Assembly: GCA_038527425.1 (NCBI GenBank)
Contig: JBCBFV010000001.1
Coordinates: 1-44,257 of the forward strand
From: Pseudomonadota bacterium
GTDB taxonomy: Bacteria > Pseudomonadota > Alphaproteobacteria > Rhodobacterales > Rhodobacteraceae
Length of the DNA: 44,257 nucleotides
Direction of reading: 5' to 3'
Below are positions 1 through 7,811 of the stretch, one piece after another. The first letter of the stretch is position 1; every line of letters starts with the position of its first letter. A program made the translations under genes and the position numbers. The notes beneath the pieces were generated by a model that saw only the letters and a program-made list of their open reading frames with translations, did not search any database and was not told where the DNA came from.

Positions 1-1
1 C

Positions 2-1939
2 CGCGACCGCCTCCATGACGAGCTGCAGGACAACATGGTCCTCGGCTCCACGATCGCTGAACAGGGGATCATGGGTTGTAACGATGAACTGCACCTGAGG
101 GAAGGCGAGGCGTAGCAGGTGCATGATCTGCATTTTCCAGCGCGGATGGAGGTGGGTCTCGATCTCATCGATGAAGACCACCCCGTGGGCGAATTCCAGA
201 TTGTCGTATTGGTAAAGCAGCTCGCGAATGATGTCGCAAACCATGGCGATGACGCTTTTGTAGCCCACGCTCATGTCTTTGAGCGCCGTGCGCGCGCCAT
301 TGGCCGTAATGTAGATGCGGCCTTCGCCCTCGTCTTCATCGCGGACGAAATCATCGTCGTTGGAGAGCATCAGCACCTCGCGCAGGGCGCGGGCGGCGGC
401 TTCGAATTCAGCTTGATCTAGGCTGGTGAGCCAGTCGATCGGATTGGCGATCATCGCCATTGGGTCGAACATCGACCGCACCCGGTGGGCTGGCGCGCGG
501 AAGCGGCGGGTTCTTTTGGTGAAGAAGCGCCGGGGGCCATAGGCGAGGATGATCTTTGAGGGTTCTTCGGTGCCCTCGAAATGGTCCGCGTCGCGATGGG
601 CATGGATTTCGACGGGCGTCTCACTATCCAGAAAGCCGAGCGCGACGCGCATGAATTCCTCGGTCGATTCTTTATCAGCCGGATTGCTCCAATGGATCAG
701 ATCAGAGGGTTTGAGCTCCTCCTCCGGGAGCATCTGGTCGAGCTCGGCGGCTTCGCGCGTGCCGATGAGCCCGAGTGTCATAGCCTCAAGGACCGAGGAT
801 TTGCCCGTCGCGTTTTCTCCGAGCAACAGCATGCATGGCGCTTGGTCGATATCTTCGACGGCGGAGGGAAGCTCGAAATCGATGCCCTTGAGAGCTTTGA
901 AGTTCGAGATCTGAACTCGTTCGAGCCACGTGGAGGCGAGAGGCATTTTTTTGATGTCGGGCGTGCGTGACGTTTTGGGTGGGGCGGCGAACCTGGGCCC
1001 TGTTTTCGGCGACCTAGCCGAGCCAACCTTTGTTTCACCGCGCGAGACGCCGGTTCGCACGGCCTCTTCTGCGTTTTCGCGGAAGGCGGCTTGGGCGCTT
1101 GGGGCCAAAGCTTGGTATTCAGAGAGAAAATCGGCCGCCGATCCTGCCGCAAACCCCTGTGATTGAGCGTGATTGAGGATGGCCATGGTTGCGGCGCCCA
1201 AGTGGGTTCGCGGGTCGTCAACGTTAAGTTTCGTGCCGACGAGGAGGTCTCCTTCGACCTGAAGGCTGACCGAGGTAGAGGTGATGGGGCTTCCAAAGAA
1301 CTTCAGCGCTTCCAAGGTGGTCTCGATGCGTTTGCGGCGTCGCGCGATCAATTGGCTATGGTTCAGGCCCAACCAATTGATAGTCTCCGCACCCGCATCG
1401 TCACTAGGATGAATGCGACCGTCCATGGCGAACAGAAGATGGGCCCAAGGGTGTTCCTCGCAAGGGTCCACCATAAGGGCCCTCTCAACTTCGCGACACT
1501 CTTGGACAGAGGCGTCTAAAGGCGCACGCTTGGCGACGAAGAACCTGTTCTCCTTTCGACGCGCGCAATTAGCGCAAATCCAAAGCAGGTTTTCCCATTC
1601 ATAGGTGAGCCAAGTATACGCCAGGAAATGCGTGCTGCCATCGCGGTTCAGCGCGTTTGAGGCGGGTCGGTGTTGGGCGATTACACCGCGAAGCGCAGGA
1701 CCTGTCTTGTCCGCGCGTGCCGTGCTCTCGCAATAGGCACAGACGTGGCCGAAAGCGTCCGCCATTTGATTTCGAGCGTCCGTATCTGTCTTCAAATACC
1801 CATCGCGCGGTGCCCGGCGGGTCTTGGCGCCGGAGAGCGAGGTTTTGAGGAAGTCGTCCATCTCCGCCCGCGCGATCTCCATCTCCTTACTGTGGAGGAA
1901 GCTCGGCGGCGTCATTGCGTTTCTGTCGATGTAGCGCAT
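2..1939 (-). CDS. HNH endonuclease-like domain fused to ABC/AAA_21 ATPase (Septu PtuB-PtuA-like fusion, putative anti-phage protein); 3' end truncated at window edge
   Basis: Manual translation from ATG 1939 (MRYIDRNAMTPPSFL...) finds no stop down to position 2 (646 codons). The ORF track misses it because there is no stop codon. N-terminal CAYCE (1727-1741), QHRP, YTWLTYEWENLLWICANC..KENRF, DPC; Pro/Lys/Ser-rich linker; then LERVQISNFKAL, Walker A GENATGKSS (794-820), signature MSVGYKS, Walker B/D-loop VFIDEIETHLHPRW (137-178) and H-loop TTHDPL. Confidence 0.85.
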   Translation of the reverse strand, partial: MRYIDRNAMTPPSFLHSKEMEIARAEMDDFLKTSLSGAKTRRAPRDGYLKTDTDARNQMADAFGHVCAYCESTARADKTGPALRGVIAQHRPASNALNRDGSTHFLAYTWLTYEWENLLWICANCARRKENRFFVAKRAPLDASVQECREVERALMVDPCEEHPWAHLLFAMDGRIHPSDDAGAETINWLGLNHSQLIARRRKRIETTLEALKFFGSPITSTSVSLQVEGDLLVGTKLNVDDPRTHLGAATMAILNHAQSQGFAAGSAADFLSEYQALAPSAQAAFRENAEEAVRTGVSRGETKVGSARSPKTGPRFAAPPKTSRTPDIKKMPLASTWLERVQISNFKALKGIDFELPSAVEDIDQAPCMLLLGENATGKSSVLEAMTLGLIGTREAAELDQMLPEEELKPSDLIHWSNPADKESTEEFMRVALGFLDSETPVEIHAHRDADHFEGTEEPSKIILAYGPRRFFTKRTRRFRAPAHRVRSMFDPMAMIANPIDWLTSLDQAEFEAAARALREVLMLSNDDDFVRDEDEGEGRIYITANGARTALKDMSVGYKSVIAMVCDIIRELLYQYDNLEFAHGVVFIDEIETHLHPRWKMQIMHLLRLAFPQVQFIVTTHDPLFSDRGAEDHVVLQLVMEAVA

Positions 1940-1994
1940 TAAAAGTTCGGGTGCTCTTAAAATGCGGGTAGCCTAGGCGCGGAATGGCGATCCG

Positions 1995-3107
1995 TCAAAA
2001 CCGGGAAAGGAAGCCCCCTAATTTTTCGAGGCCTTCTTTGATGATCGAGGGCGTGTTGGCGTAACCGATGCGGGCGTAGCCCTCCATGTCGAAGGCGTCG
2101 CCCGGGGTCATCATGACGCCCGTCTCTTTGAGGAGCGCGATGCAGAAGTCGCGCGAGGACATGGGCACGTCGAGTTTCAGCATCGCCGTGGTGCCGGCGC
2201 GGGGTTTGACCCAGCTGATGCGCTCTTGGCCCTCGACCCAATCGCTCAGCACCGCGAGGTTGCCGCGGGTGATGGTGCGGGCGCGGGAGAGCACGGCGTC
2301 GCTGTTCTCCAGCGCGAGTGTCGCGAAGTGGTCGTTGATCATCCCAATGGAGATCGTGTCGTAGTCGCGGTGAAGCGCCGCGGCCTCTGCCACCTCCTCG
2401 GGCCCCACGATCCAGCCGAGCCGCAGGCCTGCGAGCGAATAGGCCTTGGACACCGAACAGGTCGCGAGCCCTTTTTCGTAGACGTCGGCCATGGAGATCA
2501 TGGAGCCTTCGCCCTCCTGGTTTGTGCCCCGGTAGACCTCATCGCACAGGACATAGGCGCCCGCCTCGCGCGCGATGGCGGCGATGTCTTCGAGCATGGG
2601 GCGATGGATCAGGGCGCCTGTGGGGTTGTTCGGGTTCGTGAGCGCGATGAGCTTTGTCTCGGGCCGCATAAGGGCGCGGAGTTCATCCAGATCGGGGAGA
2701 AAATCGTTCTCCGCCCGCAATTTAAGGAGGGAGACCTCCGCCCCGATGCTTTCGGGGATGGAATAATGCTGCTGATAGGTGGGCACGATGGAGACTACGT
2801 GGTCGCCCCGGCTGAGCAGCGTTTTGTGGGCCAGCATGTTGGCGCCAATCGTGCCGTGGGTGACGGTGATGGCGTGGGGTTTGGCGTAGAGTGCGGCGAT
2901 GGCGGCGCGCAGACGTTCCGACCCTTCGATGGCGCCGTAGGTCATCTTCATGGCCAACAGCTCCTCCAGATCGGTGGCGTTGCGGCCCGTCAGCGCCAGC
3001 AACGCATCGATGGTCAGGCTTTCGACACAGGTCTCTGCGAGGTTGAGACCGCAGCGCGTCTCCCACTCGTTCATCCAGATTTCGACTTTGAATGGCTCGA
3101 TATACAT
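1995..3107 (-). CDS. PLP-dependent aminotransferase class I/II
   Basis: 370 aa; motifs TNPNNPTG, CDEVYRG, SVSKAYSLAGLRLGW (PLP lysine) and YARIGY; SD GAGGG before the ATG. Confidence 0.92.
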   Translation of the reverse strand: MYIEPFKVEIWMNEWETRCGLNLAETCVESLTIDALLALTGRNATDLEELLAMKMTYGAIEGSERLRAAIAALYAKPHAITVTHGTIGANMLAHKTLLSRGDHVVSIVPTYQQHYSIPESIGAEVSLLKLRAENDFLPDLDELRALMRPETKLIALTNPNNPTGALIHRPMLEDIAAIAREAGAYVLCDEVYRGTNQEGEGSMISMADVYEKGLATCSVSKAYSLAGLRLGWIVGPEEVAEAAALHRDYDTISIGMINDHFATLALENSDAVLSRARTITRGNLAVLSDWVEGQERISWVKPRAGTTAMLKLDVPMSSRDFCIALLKETGVMMTPGDAFDMEGYARIGYANTPSIIKEGLEKLGGFLSRF

Positions 3108-3166
3108 GCTTCCCTCTTTTTACGCAGGATGACCCGCCTGCAAACCCACGTCCAGAGGAGGCAAAG

Positions 3167-3919
3167 ATGCTGGATCGCACGACTGAGAACATGACGCACT
3201 GGCAAGAACGCGTCGACATGGCTGCCGCGTTTCGCTGGACGGCGCGGCTTGGGTTCCATGAGGCTGTGGCCAACCATTTTTCGTTGGCCGTGAATGACGA
3301 CGGCACGAAGTTCTTGATGAACCCGAACCAACGTCATTTCGCCCGGATCAAAGCATCAGACATGCTGCTTCTCGATGCCAATGACCCGGACACGATGTCT
3401 TTGCCGGATGCGCCCGATCCCACGGCCTGGGGCCTGCACGGCGGGGTCCATCGCCACGTGCCGCATGCGCGCTGTGTGATGCATGTGCATTCGGTCCACG
3501 CCACGGTGCTCGCATGCCTGGCGGACAGCACCCTTCCCCCCATCGATCAGAACTGCGCCACTTTCTACAATCGCACCGTTGTGGACGCCGACTTCGGGGG
3601 CCTCGCGTTTGAAGAAGAGGGCGAGCGTTGTGCCGGTCTTCTCACGGATCCCAAGAGGAAGGTCATGATCATGGGCAATCACGGCGTCCTCGTGCTGGGT
3701 GATGATGTCGCAGATACCTTCAACCGGCTCTACTATTTTGAGCGCGCGGCCGAGACCTATATCCGGGCTCTTCAGACCGGAAAGCCACTGCGCGTGCTAA
3801 GCGATGAAATCGCTGAAAAAACAGCGAGTGAGCTCGAAGATTACCCCGATCAGGCCACGCGTCATCTGGAGGAGCTGAAGGCGATTTTAGACGATGAAGG
3901 CTCAAACTATGCACAGTAG
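3167..3919 (+). CDS. class II aldolase/adducin family protein
   Basis: ANHFS, WGLHGGVHR, MHVHSVH and MGNHGV metal-binding His motifs. Start moved to ATG 3167, which follows GAGGAG (3155-3160); the track start at 3092 would overlap the divergent gene. Confidence 0.9.
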   Translation: MLDRTTENMTHWQERVDMAAAFRWTARLGFHEAVANHFSLAVNDDGTKFLMNPNQRHFARIKASDMLLLDANDPDTMSLPDAPDPTAWGLHGGVHRHVPHARCVMHVHSVHATVLACLADSTLPPIDQNCATFYNRTVVDADFGGLAFEEEGERCAGLLTDPKRKVMIMGNHGVLVLGDDVADTFNRLYYFERAAETYIRALQTGKPLRVLSDEIAEKTASELEDYPDQATRHLEELKAILDDEGSNYAQ

Positions 3920-4006
3920 GGCTCATTAATCGAAGATATGGGATTTTTTTGAATCCGCTGGACAGAAAATCTTACCATCTCTACCTTGGCGCCAACTGAG
4001 GGAGGG

Positions 4007-4081
4007 ATGGTGCCAAAACGCCCCCGACCGAGGCAATTCAAGCAAGGGAAATCACTGCTCGGGAGGGAGTGTTATTTCTAG
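4007..4081 (+). CDS. possible 24-aa upstream ORF (MVPKRPRPRQFKQGKSLLGRECYF) in the soeA leader
   Basis: ATG 4007 preceded by GAGGGAGGG (3998-4006), TAG at 4079-4081; overlaps the probable soeA start site. Confidence 0.2.
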   Translation: MVPKRPRPRQFKQGKSLLGRECYF

Positions 4082-4136
4082 CCAGACCAAAGCGGGGCAA
4101 CCCCAGCTCAACCTGTCACCGAAAGTCTCTGACGAG

Positions 4137-6908
4137 GTGCGCAAAACCACGTGCTACATGTGCGCCTGCCGGTGCGGCATCAACGTGCACATGAAGGATG
4201 GCAAGGTCGCCTATATCGAAGGCAACCGGGACCACCCTGTGAACCAGGGCGTCCTCTGCGCCAAGGGCAGCGCGGGCATCATGCAGCACAACGCGCCGTC
4301 GCGTCTGCGCAAACCGTTGAAGCGCGTAGGCGAGCGTGGCTCTGGTGAGTTTCAAGAGATCGAGTGGGACGAGGCGCTGCAGATCGCTTGCGATTGGCTG
4401 GAGCCGATCCGTGCCGAAGACCCCTCAAAGCTCGCATTCTTTACGGGCCGCGACCAGTCGCAGAGCTTCACGTCTTTCTGGGCGCAGAACTTCGGCACGC
4501 CGAACTATGCCGCGCACGGCGGTTTCTGCTCCGTGAACATGGCGGCGGCCGGCATCTACACGATGGGTGGCGCGTTTTGGGAGTTTGGGCAGCCGGACTG
4601 GGATCGCACGAAGCTCTTCATGCTCTTTGGTGTGGCCGAAGATCACGACAGTAACCCCATCAAGATGGGAATCGGCCGTCTGAAGAAGAATGGCGGCAAG
4701 ATCATCGGCGTGAACCCGATCCGCACGGGCTACAATGCCGTGGCCGACGAATGGGTGGGCATCACGCCCGGCACCGACGGCCTCTTCATCCTGGCTCTGA
4801 TCCATGAGCTGCTGAAGGCGGGCAAGATCGATCTCGATTACCTCGCGCGCTTCACCAACTCGCCGGTGCTGGTGAACCGCGATCCGAATTCTCCGGAATA
4901 CGGCCTGCTGATGCGGGATGCGGATGGCAAACTCCTCGTCATAGACCGTGCAACGGGCAAACCTGCGGCGTTCGACGAGAAGGGTGTGAAGCCGTCGCTG
5001 TCGGCGACGTATGAGAAAGACGGCATTACCCATGTGCCGGTGATGCACCTGCTCGCCGAGCGTTACCTGCAGGAAGAATATTCTCCGGACGCCGTGGCCG
5101 AGCGCTGCGGCGTCTCCGCCGACCGTATCCGCGCCATCGCCGCTGAGCTTGCGCGCGTGGCCTTTGAGGAAGCGTTCGAGCTTCCCGTCGAATGGACCGA
5201 TTTCCGCGGTGAGACGCATAAGTCGATGACCGGGCGTCCGGTCTCCTTCCATTCCATGCGCGGGATCTCGGCGCATTCGAACGGCTTCCAAACCTGCCGG
5301 TCGCTGCACCTTCTGCAGATCCTTCTGGGATCGGTCGAGGTGCCGGGCGGCTTCCGTTTCAAGCCACCGTACCCAAAGCCCGTGAGCGCGCATCCGAAGC
5401 CGCATTGCAAAGTTACGCCGGGCAAACCGCTCGACGGGCCGCATCTGGGCTTTGTGCAGGGGCCGGAGGGTCTGTGCCTGCGCGACGACGGCACACCCGC
5501 GCGGATCGACAAGGCGTTCTCTTGGGAGAACCCGATGAGTTCCCATGGCCTCATGCATATGGTGATCTCGAACGCTTATGCGGGGAACCCGTACAAGATC
5601 GACACGCTCTTTATGTATATGGCCAACATGTCGTGGAACTCCTCCATGAACACGTCGGGCACCATGAAGATGCTGACCGACAAGGATGAGAACGGCGATT
5701 ACGTCATTCCGCGCATCATCTACTCTGATGCCTATAGCTCCGAGATGGTGGCTTATGCGGACCTCGTCTTGCCGGACACGACATATCTGGAGCGTCACGA
5801 CTGTATCTCCCTCCTCGATCGTCCGATTTGTGAGGCAGACGCGGCCGCCGACGCGATCCGTTGGCCGGTGGTGGAGCCTGACCGCGATGTACGGGGCTTC
5901 CAAACGGTGCTTGTGCAGCTGGCCAACAAGATGGGCCTGCCGGGCTTCACCAATGAGGATGGCACGGCGAAGTACGAAGACTACGCCGATTATATCACCA
6001 ACCACCAGCGCAAGCCGGGCATTGGCCCGCTTGCAGGTTTCCGCGGTAATGGCGACAGCCACGGGCGCGGCGATGTGAACCCGCAGCAGATCGACCGCTA
6101 TATCGAAAACGGCGGCTTCTTCGTTAGCCATATCCCGGAAGAGGCGTCCTACTTTAAACCGTGGAATGCAGCCTATCAGGATTGGGCCGTGGACATGGGC
6201 CTCTATGACAGCCCGCAGCCCTACGTCTTTGACGTCTATGTCGAGACGATGCGGAAGTTCCAACTTGCCGCCGAGGGCCATGGCGACCGCCAACCGCCCG
6301 ATCACCTGCGCCAGCGCATCAAGGACACGCTCGATCCGCTGCCGATCTGGTACCCGCCCTTTGAGGAGGGTTTGGTGTCCGAGGAGGAGTTCCCGCTTCA
6401 CGCGCTCACCCAACGTCCGATGGCAATGTATCACAGCTGGGGCACGCAAAACGCGTGGCTGCGCCAGATCCACGGTCGCAACCCGCTCTATGTTCCCACC
6501 GACATCTGGGAGAAGAATGGCTTCAAGACGGGCGACTGGGCAAAGCTGAGCTCCACCCATGGGTCCATCACCATTCCGGTGGCTCATATGGCCGCGCTGA
6601 ATCCGAAAACGGTCTGGACGTGGAACGCCATCGGCAAGCGCAAGGGCGCTTGGGCACTTGATGATGATGCGCCTGAGGCGACAGAGGGTTTCCTCCTCAA
6701 CCACCTCATTCACGAGCTCCTGCCGCCTAAGGGTGATGGCATGCGCTGGGCCAATTCTGACCCGATCACGGGCCAGGCGGCGTGGTTCGACCTGCGCGTG
6801 AACATCGAAAAGGTAGACGCCCCAGCCGAGGTTCAGCCAGCCATTCCGCCGATCAAATCGCCTGTTGGGAAGGGGCCACGGTCCCTCGCGTGGAAGGTCG
6901 AAAAATGA
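4137..6908 (+). CDS. soeA: sulfite dehydrogenase (quinone) molybdopterin subunit SoeA; true start probably upstream at ATT 4074
   Basis: KTTCYMCACRCG...LCAKG [4Fe-4S] motif, AAHGGFCSVNMAA, no Tat signal, C-terminal molybdopterin-binding domain (TQRPMAMYHSW...NSDPITGQAAWFDLRV); followed by soeB and soeC homologues. Confidence 0.93.
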   Translation: MRKTTCYMCACRCGINVHMKDGKVAYIEGNRDHPVNQGVLCAKGSAGIMQHNAPSRLRKPLKRVGERGSGEFQEIEWDEALQIACDWLEPIRAEDPSKLAFFTGRDQSQSFTSFWAQNFGTPNYAAHGGFCSVNMAAAGIYTMGGAFWEFGQPDWDRTKLFMLFGVAEDHDSNPIKMGIGRLKKNGGKIIGVNPIRTGYNAVADEWVGITPGTDGLFILALIHELLKAGKIDLDYLARFTNSPVLVNRDPNSPEYGLLMRDADGKLLVIDRATGKPAAFDEKGVKPSLSATYEKDGITHVPVMHLLAERYLQEEYSPDAVAERCGVSADRIRAIAAELARVAFEEAFELPVEWTDFRGETHKSMTGRPVSFHSMRGISAHSNGFQTCRSLHLLQILLGSVEVPGGFRFKPPYPKPVSAHPKPHCKVTPGKPLDGPHLGFVQGPEGLCLRDDGTPARIDKAFSWENPMSSHGLMHMVISNAYAGNPYKIDTLFMYMANMSWNSSMNTSGTMKMLTDKDENGDYVIPRIIYSDAYSSEMVAYADLVLPDTTYLERHDCISLLDRPICEADAAADAIRWPVVEPDRDVRGFQTVLVQLANKMGLPGFTNEDGTAKYEDYADYITNHQRKPGIGPLAGFRGNGDSHGRGDVNPQQIDRYIENGGFFVSHIPEEASYFKPWNAAYQDWAVDMGLYDSPQPYVFDVYVETMRKFQLAAEGHGDRQPPDHLRQRIKDTLDPLPIWYPPFEEGLVSEEEFPLHALTQRPMAMYHSWGTQNAWLRQIHGRNPLYVPTDIWEKNGFKTGDWAKLSSTHGSITIPVAHMAALNPKTVWTWNAIGKRKGAWALDDDAPEATEGFLLNHLIHELLPPKGDGMRWANSDPITGQAAWFDLRVNIEKVDAPAEVQPAIPPIKSPVGKGPRSLAWKVEK

Positions 6909-7034
6909 CGGCCTTCCAAATGATGCCCTCGCATAGCCCCGTGCCCGTCACGGTCTTGGCGCAAAGCGACGTCAAATGTGCTGACAGAACCAGTGCAATG
7001 AGGTGTCGCAGTGTTCAGCTTGAGGAAGGCAGCT

Positions 7035-7604
7035 ATGGGCTTCGGCATAAGTCTCCGGGAGGAGACACGAGGCTACGATGGCGTCGGAATCTGGCACCAC
7101 TGCACCGAAACTGGCGAAATGCACCAGATCGAGGACGATCCGGACTTCCGCGCGCTGCTGGAGCAGCAGTGCTCGCAGATTTCGGCCAGCAGCCAGGCAA
7201 TCTATCAGCAGATCGGGCTCGCAAAACCCAATGGGCGTTGGGATGTCGTGCCGGATCAAACGCGCTTTACCTTCACCGAGGCCAGCGGCACACGCCGTCA
7301 CGCACGCTACGGTGTGGTGGGGTCCTACAATCCGACATCGCATTCATGGCTTTGGGCCTGGGCGTTCCCGGATGGTTGGATGCCCGACTCGGTGACGGCC
7401 CCCGCCGCCAAGCTGCGCGCGCTGGGCGAAGCACGGGGCTGGAAAGCGCTGACCGAACCAAATCTCTACCTGGGCGAGCAGGAGGCGTGGCACCTCACGA
7501 TCCTCGGCGCGCACCTCATGGGCTATCCGATGGTCTACCGCGGCTCGGTGAACGAGATGAACGCCCACTACTTCGCAATCGATCGGCCCGTCGAGCTGAC
7601 CTGA
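7035..7604 (+). CDS. DUF6882-like protein of unknown function
   Basis: ATG 7035 after GAGGAAGG; motifs GSYNPTSHSWLWAWA, LRALGEARGWKALT and GYPMVYRG match my recollection of DUF6882; typical GC-rich third codon positions. Confidence 0.75.
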   Translation: MGFGISLREETRGYDGVGIWHHCTETGEMHQIEDDPDFRALLEQQCSQISASSQAIYQQIGLAKPNGRWDVVPDQTRFTFTEASGTRRHARYGVVGSYNPTSHSWLWAWAFPDGWMPDSVTAPAAKLRALGEARGWKALTEPNLYLGEQEAWHLTILGAHLMGYPMVYRGSVNEMNAHYFAIDRPVELT

Positions 7605-7620
7605 TCTGCCGGGGGCGCGC

Positions 7621-7746
7621 ATGACCCCCAAACGTACCCTTCTTTTGATCGCAGGTTTTGTGGCTGTCACGCTGGGCAGCTTCGTTCTGTATCTGCGCCG
7701 AGCGATGGCCTCTGACGCCGCCGCCCTTCTGTTGGGGGGCGTGTGA
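7621..7746 (+). CDS. small single-TM membrane protein (41 aa, MTPKRTLLLIAGFVAVTLGSFVLYLRRAMASDAAALLLGGV)
   Basis: Basic N-terminus plus one hydrophobic helix; below the ORF-track length cutoff; its TGA overlaps the next ATG (TGATG). Confidence 0.55.
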   Translation: MTPKRTLLLIAGFVAVTLGSFVLYLRRAMASDAAALLLGGV

Positions 7747-7811
7747 TGCTGCGTGCTGCCCCCGACTCCGCCACATTCTCTCCAGCCAACCGCCGAGGTG
7801 AGCCCGAATGA
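7746..7811 (+). CDS. 21-aa mini-ORF (MLRAAPDSATFSPANRRGEPE), translationally coupled on both sides
   Basis: Starts in a TGATG overlap with the 41-aa ORF and ends in an ATGA overlap with the soeB start. Confidence 0.3.
   Translation: MLRAAPDSATFSPANRRGEPE

Noticed and set aside
119-1942. Short track ORFs in the first 2 kb (119-421, 549-914, 581-970, 778-1296, 1163-1519, 1670-1942 and others)
   Set aside because: Antisense or off-frame shadows of the HNH-ATPase gene.
1940-1994. Retron ncRNA or att site upstream of the HNH-ATPase
   Set aside because: Only 55 bp, with no extended inverted repeats and no RT, integrase or tRNA in the window.
3958-3970. CTGGAC resembling a TauR half-site upstream of soeA
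   Set aside because: Single copy only, without the expected direct repeats; no tauR, xsc or pta in the window.
4425-6713. 762-aa minus-strand ORF, and similar long antisense ORFs at 17424-18488, 26276-27955, 35926-37320, 38528-39781 and 39631-41031
   Set aside because: In-register antisense shadows of high-GC genes with no recognisable motifs.
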